From Geosiphon pyriformis uo1 (taxonomy: Eukaryota; Fungi; Glomeromycota), in contig JAAOMT010000363.1 in the NCBI GenBank assembly GCA_016748015.1, positions 1-8,494 on the forward strand: 8,494 nt of DNA, given 5' to 3'. The notes under the pieces are model-generated. The model saw only the letters and a program-made list of their open reading frames with translations. It was not told the DNA's origin and did no database searches. Positions within the stretch are counted from its first letter, which is position 1. Each line of letters begins with the position of its first letter. Of this stretch, positions 1 to 8,494 are shown in pieces. The position numbers and the translations under genes were made by a program.

Positions 1-16
1 GGGGGGGGGGGGGATG

Positions 17-1559
17 CGTCATTATCCCGAGCTCCTTGAAGGACGCTCTGCCTAAGCAAGCCTGGGGGGATCCCGTATCGCCAAGGGTGGCAAATAGGGG
101 GCCATTGCTTGGCGCATGATACAATAATGTTGGTTGGTAAATGGGGGTTACCTACTATTATCCCAAGGTTACCATGGTAGTGGACCTCTATGTATTGCGC
201 CTGATGACGACTCCAGCATAATGGAGAGGGATAGAGATTCTTACTATAGGCTGATCCTTGAAGTAGCCTGGTTGCGAAGTATGCAGTTACCAACGGTGGA
301 GACGCCTCCTTAAATTAGAATGACATCCATCTGGACCTGGAGGGACAAGGTATGGAGTAAGCTAATAGATTGTTATATTGGTTGTGCTACATAGTAACAA
401 ATTAGCCATAGATTCTAAAAGTAGATGGCTCAAGGTCTCCGTCGCCTTATAGGAAGGGATAGAGGACCTGCAGGTATCTTTATAGTATATTTGACTCCCT
501 TATTTCTAGAGTCGAGATACTCTACAAGAAAGCTCTGTACGAGATAATGACGGCCACCATTGACAGTAGGTAAATAGTTGGGGGCCTAAAATGCGGGTGT
601 ATTAATTGATACTGAGCCTACTTGTACCCAGGATGTACCCCCTAAAGGCCCCTGGGCCCGCCTGGGTATGGGCCCAAAGTACTCCTAGTGGTGTGGCTCG
701 CCTACGCCCGGCGTTACCTACGAGGCGGCCTGCCTCACAGGGGGGGGGGCCTCTCATAGAACAACAATATTCAAGCCCCAATGCAAACAAGATCATATCC
801 CATACAGTACATAACCAGTTACCAAGAAGTATGTGCTTGATGGGTAATGGTAATGAACTTCCATCAGTAAGTAGTTATGGTGTATTCATATGGTGATGGT
901 TCATTGTATTACGGTCTCCCCAATAGGGACCTATGCTTTATAGGGACTTGGATATGTACCTTAGGCAGGGGTACTTTCATACTGGGGTATCCTCATATTT
1001 TGTAGGTTAATTTGTTCATGACGATCACCATACCAACTGCCCGCAGGCCAACGGGTTTATGACAGCTCCATTGGTAATACTGAGATCCAACTATGGGTAG
1101 GCCTGACCCGCCCAATAAATCAATGCCCCAATAACAGGAGTACTAAGTGTACCAATAGGCTAACAAAGTCAAGGACTCCAAAAGTAGTACTTTCATCCCC
1201 TTTTGTTGGAGCAAAACTCAGGAGGTCAAAATATACCATTGCTTTACCCCTAAGTACTCCATTTTAGCCCTAGCCAAACATAGGGGGGGGTATAAAGGTC
1301 CTCTCACAAAGGGCTGTATTTGTTTGTACAGTAGGTACTTAGACTCTTGGGGCAGGGATACAAGTCCTGTAGCCTCCCCTACTTGGTACCATGTAGTTTG
1401 TTGACGATCACCATGGTAGACACACTGAACAAACCCAGAAGTAAAGCACTCTAGCCACAAATAGTAATCACCAATAAGTCCCCAAGACTTCTCATAACTC
1501 AAAGTATACTGCTACTCTAAGAACAAGGGCACTCGAGAATATCCTACCTACCCATGACA
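17..1559 (+). repeat. Candidate 5' LTR (~1,543 bp)
   Basis: Starts CGTCAT (17-22; TGCGTCAT from 15) and ends ATGACA (1554-1559). This gives a 5-bp terminal inverted repeat GTCAT/ATGAC resembling canonical TGTCAT...ATGACA LTR ends. Exact boundaries are inferred. Confidence 0.55.
1291..1296 (+). promoter_or_regulatory. Possible LTR TATA box (copy at 8208-8213)
   Basis: TATAAA about 265 nt before the candidate LTR end. Motif and position only. Confidence 0.25.
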
Positions 1560-1599
1560 AAAACTAAAGGGGGGGGGTACTCATACAAAGACAGTAACC

Positions 1600-2400
1600 A
1601 TCAACTAAGTAGTATTTGTTTAGCTTTTAAGCAGACTACTACTAAAATGGGGCATATCTGGAAAAGACCACTCTTGCCCTATTGAACGCCCTGATTGGGT
1701 CCTTGTGTACAATCCTGTATCATTATTGTTACAAACTCAGTATAACACACAGATTTACGTCCTCCTTACTCCTTCTCAGGACTACGATACGGTACCCATC
1801 CAAGTGGCAAGCCTAGTACTGGGTACAACAAAAGGTACAAATCGAGAGTTAATACAGCGACTTCTAAAATCATGGCCATTAGCGCTCTGGGGACTGCCGG
1901 CCTATTGTAGTCTACCATCCCCCTACCAACCCACTCCACTGATATTGCTCCAAGCCCCAAAGCAATGGGGAACTTGACTCACCAAGGATCTTACTTGCAA
2001 TCTAGTAGGAGTTCAAAGCAGGATGACTCCTTGTACAGCCCAACTCTTACTAGGTCCCAACATACATAAGCAAGGTAAAGAGTAGTTCCAAATCAAGGCC
2101 ATGGGACTTGTGGCCGTATTACTATCATTAATATGTCCTCCCAACAAATGGTGTGCTTATAGATACCCCATAACTTATAAGGGATAACATGGTGCCATTA
2201 CTAAAAGGGTCCCCACCAACAAATGAGGTACTACTACCCATACCCATAAGCTTACTGTCCTACCATCCCTATAGTACTACTGTATAAGAAAAGTAACTCT
2301 TACTATTTACCTATTATATCTGGTATTACCTATACTTGGTCATGGCAAAGCTACTGGTACCCCTACACAACCTTAGATTGACTACATCCATAAAGTAACA
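1600..2400 (+). pseudogene. Probable gag remnant with eroded CCHC zinc knuckle
   Basis: Lies between the LTR and the protease motif. TAT TAT ATC TGG (2312-2323, YYIW, possibly from CYIC) is followed by GGT CAT (GH, 2338-2343). Many stops; boundaries approximate. Confidence 0.3.
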
Positions 2401-2589
2401 AATCCCCCCAACTCTACTCTATGTAACACTATCCATATACCACTACAAAGTCCTAAGTAGTATTAGGGTACTCCAGTACTGGCGGCCACTCCATCCATAC
2501 CCTTATGAGATCAGTACAAGAGTCCTGGGGCATCTCTCTCATATACACACCCTGAATCTCATTCTGTAACTCGGGGGCCAGCTCCCTAT

Positions 2590-2900
2590 GGTACTTATAC
2601 CCTACCTGTTTGATGCCGGCCTCATTGGTTACCTTATCGTACGGTTAAAATAATAGATCACCAGTACCATTTATAACAAGGAAGGCTTGTATAGCCGGGA
2701 GTATACTGTAGAACCGGTAGCTTAACTCTCCACAAAGTACTCCTATTAGACCGGTCAGATCATAACTTATTGAACAACCAAGTCCCAATATGGATAGCCT
2801 CCTCCCTCCCCCCATCACCAAAACCTGCTTATTAGTATCCAACCATTAGCTTAGGGGGCCTATCCTATCATTACGGGTATCCACAAACATTGCTTATTTG
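2590..2900 (+). pseudogene. Aspartic protease remnant
   Basis: YLFDAGLIGYLI with LFDAG at 2606-2620 resembles the L(F/I)D(S/T)G active site. IITGI at ~2867-2881 sits near the expected ILG motif. About 270 codons upstream of RT KDG. Confidence 0.45.
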
Positions 2901-3229
2901 AGGAACTCTCCCTTGCTACTCAAAGAATTAGGCCACATAAGTCCTAAATACTATCCCCTTAGTAAATATCGATACCAACTTACCCATCCATCCCCATCCC
3001 CCAGGCAAAAGCCACTGTATTACTAATACTCACATACCCAGATACATTGTAAACTATTAGGGCCCCAAGACCCCAACCCAAAATCTAGTCAAGCCTACTA
3101 GACCCAAGTATAGGTCCCTAATGTATATTCACTTTTGGGATGGCCAAGGGCCATAAACGAAACCAATCGGTCCAAGTGATAGGAGGAGTACTGAGGGAGT
3201 AATAGTAAAGCTTTATGATAAGCCTCCAA

Positions 3230-4080
3230 ACCCAATATCCCCAGGATCCCAACCCATACCACCTCCCAATAGAGTAAAGAACAAAGTCAGCTGGGCACCA
3301 CCAACTGAGTAGAGTACAATTGACCCTTACCCAATAGTCTCTTATGGGCCTGTGTAATCAACTCTTCATTGTCATATCTGGTTTGTACCCTTGTCCAAAG
3401 TACAAGGATTTGAGGTGTTGTAAAGTGCAAAGATGGGTCCTATTTATTACCCAGGACTTGGGCACTGGTAGTCTCCAAACGCGTTATAAGGCTTAAAGTA
3501 TACCCACAACCACTACTAAAAATCCCACACAAACCCTTAGATTTAGGATGTTGACTACACTCCCCCGTGATGGACCTTTGACAAGGGGGGGTGGGGTCCA
3601 GAGAGCCGCCAAACAACAAACCACCCCGATCCCCAACAAATAGGGACCCATGTCCCCAATGACTACTACCATCCACCAAGCGTCCCATCCATATGGGTCC
3701 CAAAACCAATCATAAGTATTAATACCCAGTTCAGATATAGTGTGGTATACAAAAACGAAAACAAGTTGAACCCCATCACAAACTCTAACACTACAAACTC
3801 CCATTAGACAAATCCCTCCCCCCTCCAGGACCCCTCCCCAATCCCATATTCAAAATTGGGACCTATATATGTCGTGGCCCCCAGACTCTGGCCATACTCA
3901 AGTACTACTTATAAAATCCATTATCACCATACTCTCAAAGCCATGTGCCATACCAACTTGATTGGGGAAGCTGCGGAGACCAAAGGGTATTAACCAGTCT
4001 GGCAGTATAAAATAGCTGGGAATCAGAGATAGGCCTCTGCCTGCTTGCCTTATTTGTTACCCAATTATAGGAAAAGGACT
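3230..4080 (+). pseudogene. Ty3/Gypsy reverse transcriptase remnant
   Basis: PGSQPI 3241-3258. One frame carries VVKCKDGSY (3417-3443; cf. VKKKDGS), YPQPL (3501-3515; cf. YPLP) and VMDL*QG (3567-3587; cf. DLR(S/Q)G, TGA plausibly from CGA) at near-canonical spacing. Also PYGSQN 3689-3706 (cf. PFGLxN), LGKLRRPKGIN 3962-3994 (cf. LGHxIxxxGI) and GIRDRPLP 4019-4042 (cf. AIxDWPxP). No intact YxDD found. Confidence 0.78.
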
Positions 4081-4289
4081 TAAAGCCCAAGTAGTCTACA
4101 CCACCCCAACAGGGGGGTACCATTACTCCCCAAAAGTAAAACGGCTACTGCTCTAAAGGTCCCATTTGTAAAGGATGTATACCTACAAGGCCGACTAGCC
4201 CCAACCACCATCAAATCCATAGCCTTACGATAAGCATACTACTTTAGAAGTACCTGGGCATCCAAAGCCCTGATAACTGGTCTCTCTAC

Positions 4290-4715
4290 TTGTACTCCCC
4301 ACCTAAAACCCCAATCACCACCCAATCCCCAGTAGAAGCCGTATACCATGACTATACTCTAGCTTACTCAACAGTACCGGAGCAGGGTTAGAGAAGGATG
4401 ATACTAAGGGGAGGTGGGGGGGTATATAGTAAACATAAAGTGGGGGGGGGCGGGCCCCTAAAACTCATACCACCAACTGTCGACTTACCAATAAACAGGG
4501 ACCCCATTGTATGCTAATAGCCAGAACCCAAATATATTCAGGACTATAAAAATCCATAGTCTTTTACAGGATATAAACTCCTCACAAAAGTAAATGGCCT
4601 ACTAAAAGTACTAGAGAAGCTAATTCCCCATAGATCTTCCCCATACCCAAGCTATAATACAAGTACAAGTACCCACTTTTGAGGACCCGCCCATATGGTA
4701 GAGGGGCTCCCCTAA
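4290..4715 (+). pseudogene. RNase H remnant
   Basis: KPYTMT 4336-4353 and STGAGLEK 4373-4396 (cf. KPFxLxTDASxxGIGAVLxQ). YIQD 4533-4544 (cf. YLxG). Frameshifted SIVF-T-D-x-KLL 4553-4583 (cf. FxVxTDHKPL). MVEGLP 4695-4712 (cf. VADxLSR). Confidence 0.65.
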
Positions 4716-4899
4716 AACCTACTCAAGTCTAGTCTCCCCCTCAAAGTCCCATTTCTTAAGGCACATATAAGGTACCTTACCAATCAAACCCCTATAACTA
4801 GTACTTGCTTATTAACGATCCCAATCAATACCTATCACCAAGAACCTCTCAAGAATACTCTGTCACTACTGAATAGGTAACAAAGCTTCGCAGGGATGC

Positions 4900-5775
4900 T
4901 TACCAATGCTTCTTTAGGGGGGGGGTGGGTAGCTCATAAGTAGAGACCACTAGTACTTTGTTGTACACAACCCAACTTACCATCCGTAGGGTAAAACTGT
5001 ACTTCCCTTATGATCCATTACTGTACCTATCCAGAGACCACACTGCTACAATTGCCCAACTCCCTTATTGTGAGCTAATGACCCGCTCCAAACCCTTAAT
5101 CCCTATCCAACCAACCATATAGGTAACCAAAGCCCTCTAGCCCCGTAGACTTGATACCTTCATGGGAGCCTTAAGCTTATCCCAAGAATACTGTTATACC
5201 ACCACTCCTATAACCCAACAAACCTCTTACTTGTAACCTCCTTGTACTTGCTTACCCATACCCAAACTGATGTCAGGATACCCTACATAAGCAGAGATAG
5301 ATCGCTCTCATGGCCAAGAGTCAAAGCTCCTATCTACTTAGGATGGTACTTCATGGCTGACTTATAATTGGGGCCCTAATGGTACAAAAGGATGGGTTCT
5401 TAGTATCCATGACATTGGTAAGCTTGTATACGCGACTCCCATAACCCCAATACCCTGACCCACCATACACACAAAACAAATACCTGTTATACAATCAATC
5501 ATTATGGTAGGACTACCCTTACCCTCTAGATCTCTAACCCGAATCCCCTACCAGTGCCTTACGATACACAAATCACCAAGTAACGCAGGGCTCAATGGAT
5601 ACTACCATACTCTCCAATATTTGGGACCCCCGAGGACTCCCAAGTCCCCTCTGTACAGCAATCAAAAGTAAATGGGTTACTGCTGGCTGTGCTCTACGGC
5701 TTCCTCACAGAAAAAGGGATCGTCCAATAACCCGTCCTCATATGCTATACCATATCCACAAAATACATCCACAAC
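4900..5775 (+). pseudogene. Integrase remnant (core and GPY/F module)
   Basis: P*GK-L 4984-4999, IAQLP 5051-5065 (cf. DFIxxLP) and LHG 5158-5166. ACT-t-GCT-TAC-c-CAT-ACC-CAA-ACT-GAT-GT-CAG 5246-5276 (cf. TAYHPQTDGQ). WYFMAD-YN 5344-5368 (cf. WLPxAEFAYN), KLVYA 5420-5434 (cf. ELxYG) and YLGP 5618-5629 (GPY/F). LRLP 5694-5705 and YHIHKIHP 5748-5771 (cf. LxLP...FHVSxLKP) lie in track ORF 5595-5783. Confidence 0.75.
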
Positions 5776-5814
5776 CCTTGTAGAGACCTGTCTATAGGGG
5801 GGTGGACAACACCT

Positions 5815-5915
5815 CAAACCAATATACTAAAAGAGGGTTGTTGTTGGGGACTTGTAGCAATGGGCCATTGTGGCGCATAGCGCCCGAGCAAAGCATTAGC
5901 TAATGGAATCCAAGC
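5815..5915 (+). pseudogene. Chromodomain remnant
   Basis: NILKE 5821-5835, LV 5851-5856 with QW 5858-5863 (cf. LVKW) and PEQSIS*WNP 5883-5912 (cf. PEExTWEP). Directly follows the integrase GPY/F module, as in chromoviruses. Confidence 0.55.
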
Positions 5916-6687
5916 TAAAGGGATCGAATACTACAACCACACACCATTACATACCTACCATAGGCTAGAGAGGGTAAAGCAATGCAGATTGTGCCAAGTC
6001 AAACAAAAAGGGTAGAAAGTGTTTTGTACCCAATATGTAACTACCAAAACCCATCCTTTAGCACAGAGCAAATGCCAAGCCTTCCAGGTATAAGCAATAT
6101 CAACTACTTCCCCCATTCCCCTCATATGCAAGCCATATACAGTACCAAATACCTCAACTATCTATTGGGCGCTACAATGTAGAAGTTTATCACTACTCTC
6201 GAGGGGGCAAGCGCCTGCTGATTAGAGATCCCATATATTTAGATTAAGATTAGTATTGCGCCCGTGCGAGAGTAATTGAGGATCATAAGGTAATCGCGAT
6301 CAAGGGTTGTGGGGCCTTAAATAGGCGCGCGCCAAGGACTTATACCAAAACTCTAGTGGATCCAGAAAATGCTAAGCCTGGCGCCATATCTATACAGTAC
6401 CTCATAAATCAAAGTAAGATATGTAAAGTATAGTTTGCGCCCGGGGCTTTAAGCCCTTGGATCCCCACAAACTCCCCAAGTACTCCAAACCAATTGCGAT
6501 TTACAAGGGATCTAAGCAAGGGAGAGGCGTCGTCAAACGCAGGAACAAAAAGAGTAAGCATTGAAAGCCCAAGGAGTGTATGGAGTATGGAGAGTTTAGT
6601 AGAGGTCGGTCGCATATTTTGAGGGAGGTCGAGGGGATGGCATTTATGTATAAGGAGTGGTAAGTATTTGATTTTGGATGTCTAGTA

Positions 6688-6719
6688 GGGGTGGGGGGTG
6701 GGGGGGGGAGGTATTGGGG
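6688..6719 (+). other. Putative G-quadruplex motif
   Basis: G4-T-G6-T-G9-A-GG-TATT-G4. Confidence 0.55.
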
Positions 6720-6743
6720 ATCTGTGAGGGAGTGGTTGATGGG

Positions 6744-6846
6744 GGATCCATGAATTTGGATCCAGTCCCATTGGGGTTGTATCCAGAGATACATGGTATC
6801 CAGTGGGGTAGTAAAAGGGATACATGGTTTCTCGATATGGATACAA
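6744..6846. other. Two adjacent inverted repeats (stem-loops)
   Basis: GGATCCA-tgaatt-TGGATCC (6744-6763). TTGTATCCA (6777-6785) pairs with TGGATACAA (6838-6846) and encloses GAGA/TCTC and GTATCC (6796-6801)/GGATAC (6818-6823). Confidence 0.6.
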
Positions 6847-6907
6847 GTTGTGTAAGGTTGGTTTACCCCCACACACTAACCTCAAAAGGCAGGCTATCCA
6901 AACCAGT

Positions 6908-6930
6908 GGGGTGGGGTGGGGGGGGGGGGG
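6908..6930 (+). other. Polypurine-tract-like G tract, also G-quadruplex capable
   Basis: GGGG-T-GGGG-T-G13 immediately 5' of the candidate 3' LTR, which is the canonical PPT position. Confidence 0.6.
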
Positions 6931-8494
6931 ATGCGTCATTATCCCGAGCTCCTTGAAGGACGCTCTGCCTAAGCAAGCCTGGGGGGATCCCGTATCGCCA
7001 AGGGTGGCAAATAGGGGGCCATTGCTTGGCGCATGATACAATAATGTTGGTTGGTAAATGGGGGTTACCTACTATTATCCCAAGGTTACCATGGTAGTGG
7101 ACCTCTATGTATTGCGCCTGATGACGACTCCAGCATAATGGAGAGGGATAGAGATTCTTACTATAGGCTGATCCTTGAAGTAGCCTGGTTGCGAAGTATG
7201 CAGTTACCAACGGTGGAGACGCCTCCTTAAATTAGAATGACATCCATCTGGACCTGGAGGGACAAGGTATGGAGTAAGCTAATAGATTGTTATATTGGTT
7301 GTGCTACATAGTAACAAATTAGCCATAGATTCTAAAAGTAGATGGCTCAAGGTCTCCGTCGCCTTATAGGAAGGGATAGAGGACCTGCAGGTATCTTTAT
7401 AGTATATTTGACTCCCTTATTTCTAGAGTCGAGATACTCTACAAGAAAGCTCTGTACGAGATAATGACGGCCACCATTGACAGTAGGTAAATAGTTGGGG
7501 GCCTAAAATGCGGGTGTATTAATTGATACTGAGCCTACTTGTACCCAGGATGTACCCCCTAAAGGCCCCTGGGCCCGCCTGGGTATGGGCCCAAAGTACT
7601 CCTAGTGGTGTGGCTCGCCTACGCCCGGCGTTACCTACGAGGCGGCCTGCCTCACAGGGGGGGGGGCCTCTCATAGAACAACAATATTCAAGCCCCAATG
7701 CAAACAAGATCATATCCCATACAGTACATAACCAGTTACCAAGAAGTATGTGCTTGATGGGTAATGGTAATGAACTTCCATCAGTAAGTAGTTATGGTGT
7801 ATTCATATGGTGATGGTTCATTGTATTACGGTCTCCCCAATAGGGACCTATGCTTTATAGGGACTTGGATATGTACCTTAGGCAGGGGTACTTTCATACT
7901 GGGGTATCCTCATATTTTGTAGGTTAATTTGTTCATGACGATCACCATACCAACTGCCCGCAGGCCAACGGGTTTATGACAGCTCCATTGGTAATACTGA
8001 GATCCAACTATGGGTAGGCCTGACCCGCCCAATAAATCAATGCCCCAATAACAGGAGTACTAAGTGTACCAATAGGCTAACAAAGTCAAGGACTCCAAAA
8101 GTAGTACTTTCATCCCCTTTTGTTGGAGCAAAACTCAGGAGGTCAAAATATACCATTGCTTTACCCCTAAGTACTCCATTTTAGCCCTAGCCAAACATAG
8201 GGGGGGGTATAAAGGTCCTCTCACAAAGGGCTGTATTTGTTTGTACAGTAGGTACTTAGACTCTTGGGGCAGGGATACAAGTCCTGTAGCCTCCCCTACT
8301 TGGTACCATGTAGTTTGTTGACGATCACCATGGTAGACACACTGAACAAACCCAGAAGTAAAGCACTCTAGCCACAAATAGTAATCACCAATAAGTCCCC
8401 AAGACTTCTCATAACTCAAAGTATACTGCTACTCTAAGAACAAGGGCACTCGAGAATATCCTACCTACCCATGACAAAAACTAAAGGGGGGGGG
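6918..8494 (+). repeat. Right copy of 1,577-bp direct terminal repeat
   Basis: Same sequence as 1-1577 at offset 6917. Confidence 0.97.
6934..8476 (+). repeat. Candidate 3' LTR
   Basis: Copy of 17-1559. Begins 3 nt after the G tract at 6908-6930 and ends ATGACA at 8471-8476. Confidence 0.55.

Larger units (their letters stand above)
1..1577 (+). repeat. Left copy of 1,577-bp direct terminal repeat
   Basis: Matches 6918-8494 at offset 6917. G13-ATGCGTCATT occurs at 1 and 6918, and CTAAA-G9 ends at 1577 and 8494. The ORF track gives identical peptides at 602/7519, 606/7523 and 1218/8135. No mismatch seen in spot checks; not aligned by computer. Confidence 0.97.
17..8476 (+). mobile_element. 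Highly degenerate Ty3/Gypsy (chromovirus-type) LTR retrotransposon, non-coding derivative
   Basis: Long direct repeats flank a ~5.3-kb internal region. It carries + strand motif remnants in the Ty3/Gypsy order PR-RT-RH-INT-chromodomain, with a G-rich PPT-like tract just before the right repeat. Confidence 0.8.

Noticed and set aside
201-240. CTGATGA hammerhead ribozyme core
   Set aside because: A short stem follows, but no GAAA is correctly placed to complete the core.
1069-1090. CA-T-TGGTAATACTGAG as an eroded tRNA-iMet PBS (LTR ending at ~1070)
   Set aside because: Poor match to TGGTATCAGAGC and no terminal inverted repeat with the LTR start. The 1559 end fits better, though this option is not excluded.
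602-1502. Track ORFs 602-796, 606-896 and 1218-1502 (and their copies) as genes
   Set aside because: Short, no recognisable domain, and located within the candidate LTR. Reading TGA as Trp extends the two tested (606-896, 1218-1502) by only about 10-25 codons.
2160-2330. Resemblance to the LSU rRNA peptidyl-transferase region (GGGATAACA...)
   Set aside because: Only a 9-nt exact match, and the other universally conserved rRNA motifs are absent.
3440-4123. Hydrophobic minus-strand ORFs as mitochondrial or membrane proteins
   Set aside because: The V/G/W/L richness follows from the GT-rich minus strand. They are antisense to the RT remnant, and no cox/cob/nad motifs could be confirmed.
5402-5434. 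HDIGK HD-domain motif
   Set aside because: Lies in a short stop-bounded frame and is better explained as eroded integrase sequence.
1-6917. Organelle minicircle (diplonemid, kinetoplastid, dinoflagellate) or small circular virus/plasmid
   Set aside because: The size fits, but no organelle gene module, kinetoplast CSB-3 sequence, Rep or capsid ORF was found. The ordered Ty3/Gypsy motifs explain the sequence better.
6501-7210. Overlapping Pro/Gly-rich ORFs
   Set aside because: Produced by G/C homopolymer tracts spanning the PPT-LTR junction.

Overview
The window holds one 6,917-bp unit plus a 1,577-bp direct repeat (1-1577 = 6918-8494), and both window ends fall exactly on G homopolymers. No ORF in the track is a credible intact gene. 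Reading the + strand through stops and frameshifts reveals a colinear series of eroded Ty3/Gypsy (chromovirus-type) motifs in canonical order and roughly canonical spacing: possible Gag zinc knuckle (~2312), protease LFDAG (2606), RT (PGSQPI, VVKCKDGS, YPQP, MDL*QG, PYGSQN), RNase H, integrase (LHG, TAY-HTQTD-Q, YLGP) and a chromodomain remnant (~5821-5912). A ~1-kb CpG-retaining 3' region and a G-rich polypurine tract follow. Most of the terminal repeat (17-1559) is bounded by GTCAT...ATGAC(A) and fits a ~1.54-kb LTR. The best reading is a eukaryotic LTR retroelement with completely decayed gag-pol but apparently identical terminal repeats. That could be a still-mobilised non-autonomous element, a 1-LTR circle or tandem array, or a collapsed assembly. 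All motif matches were made by eye and need profile-search confirmation.
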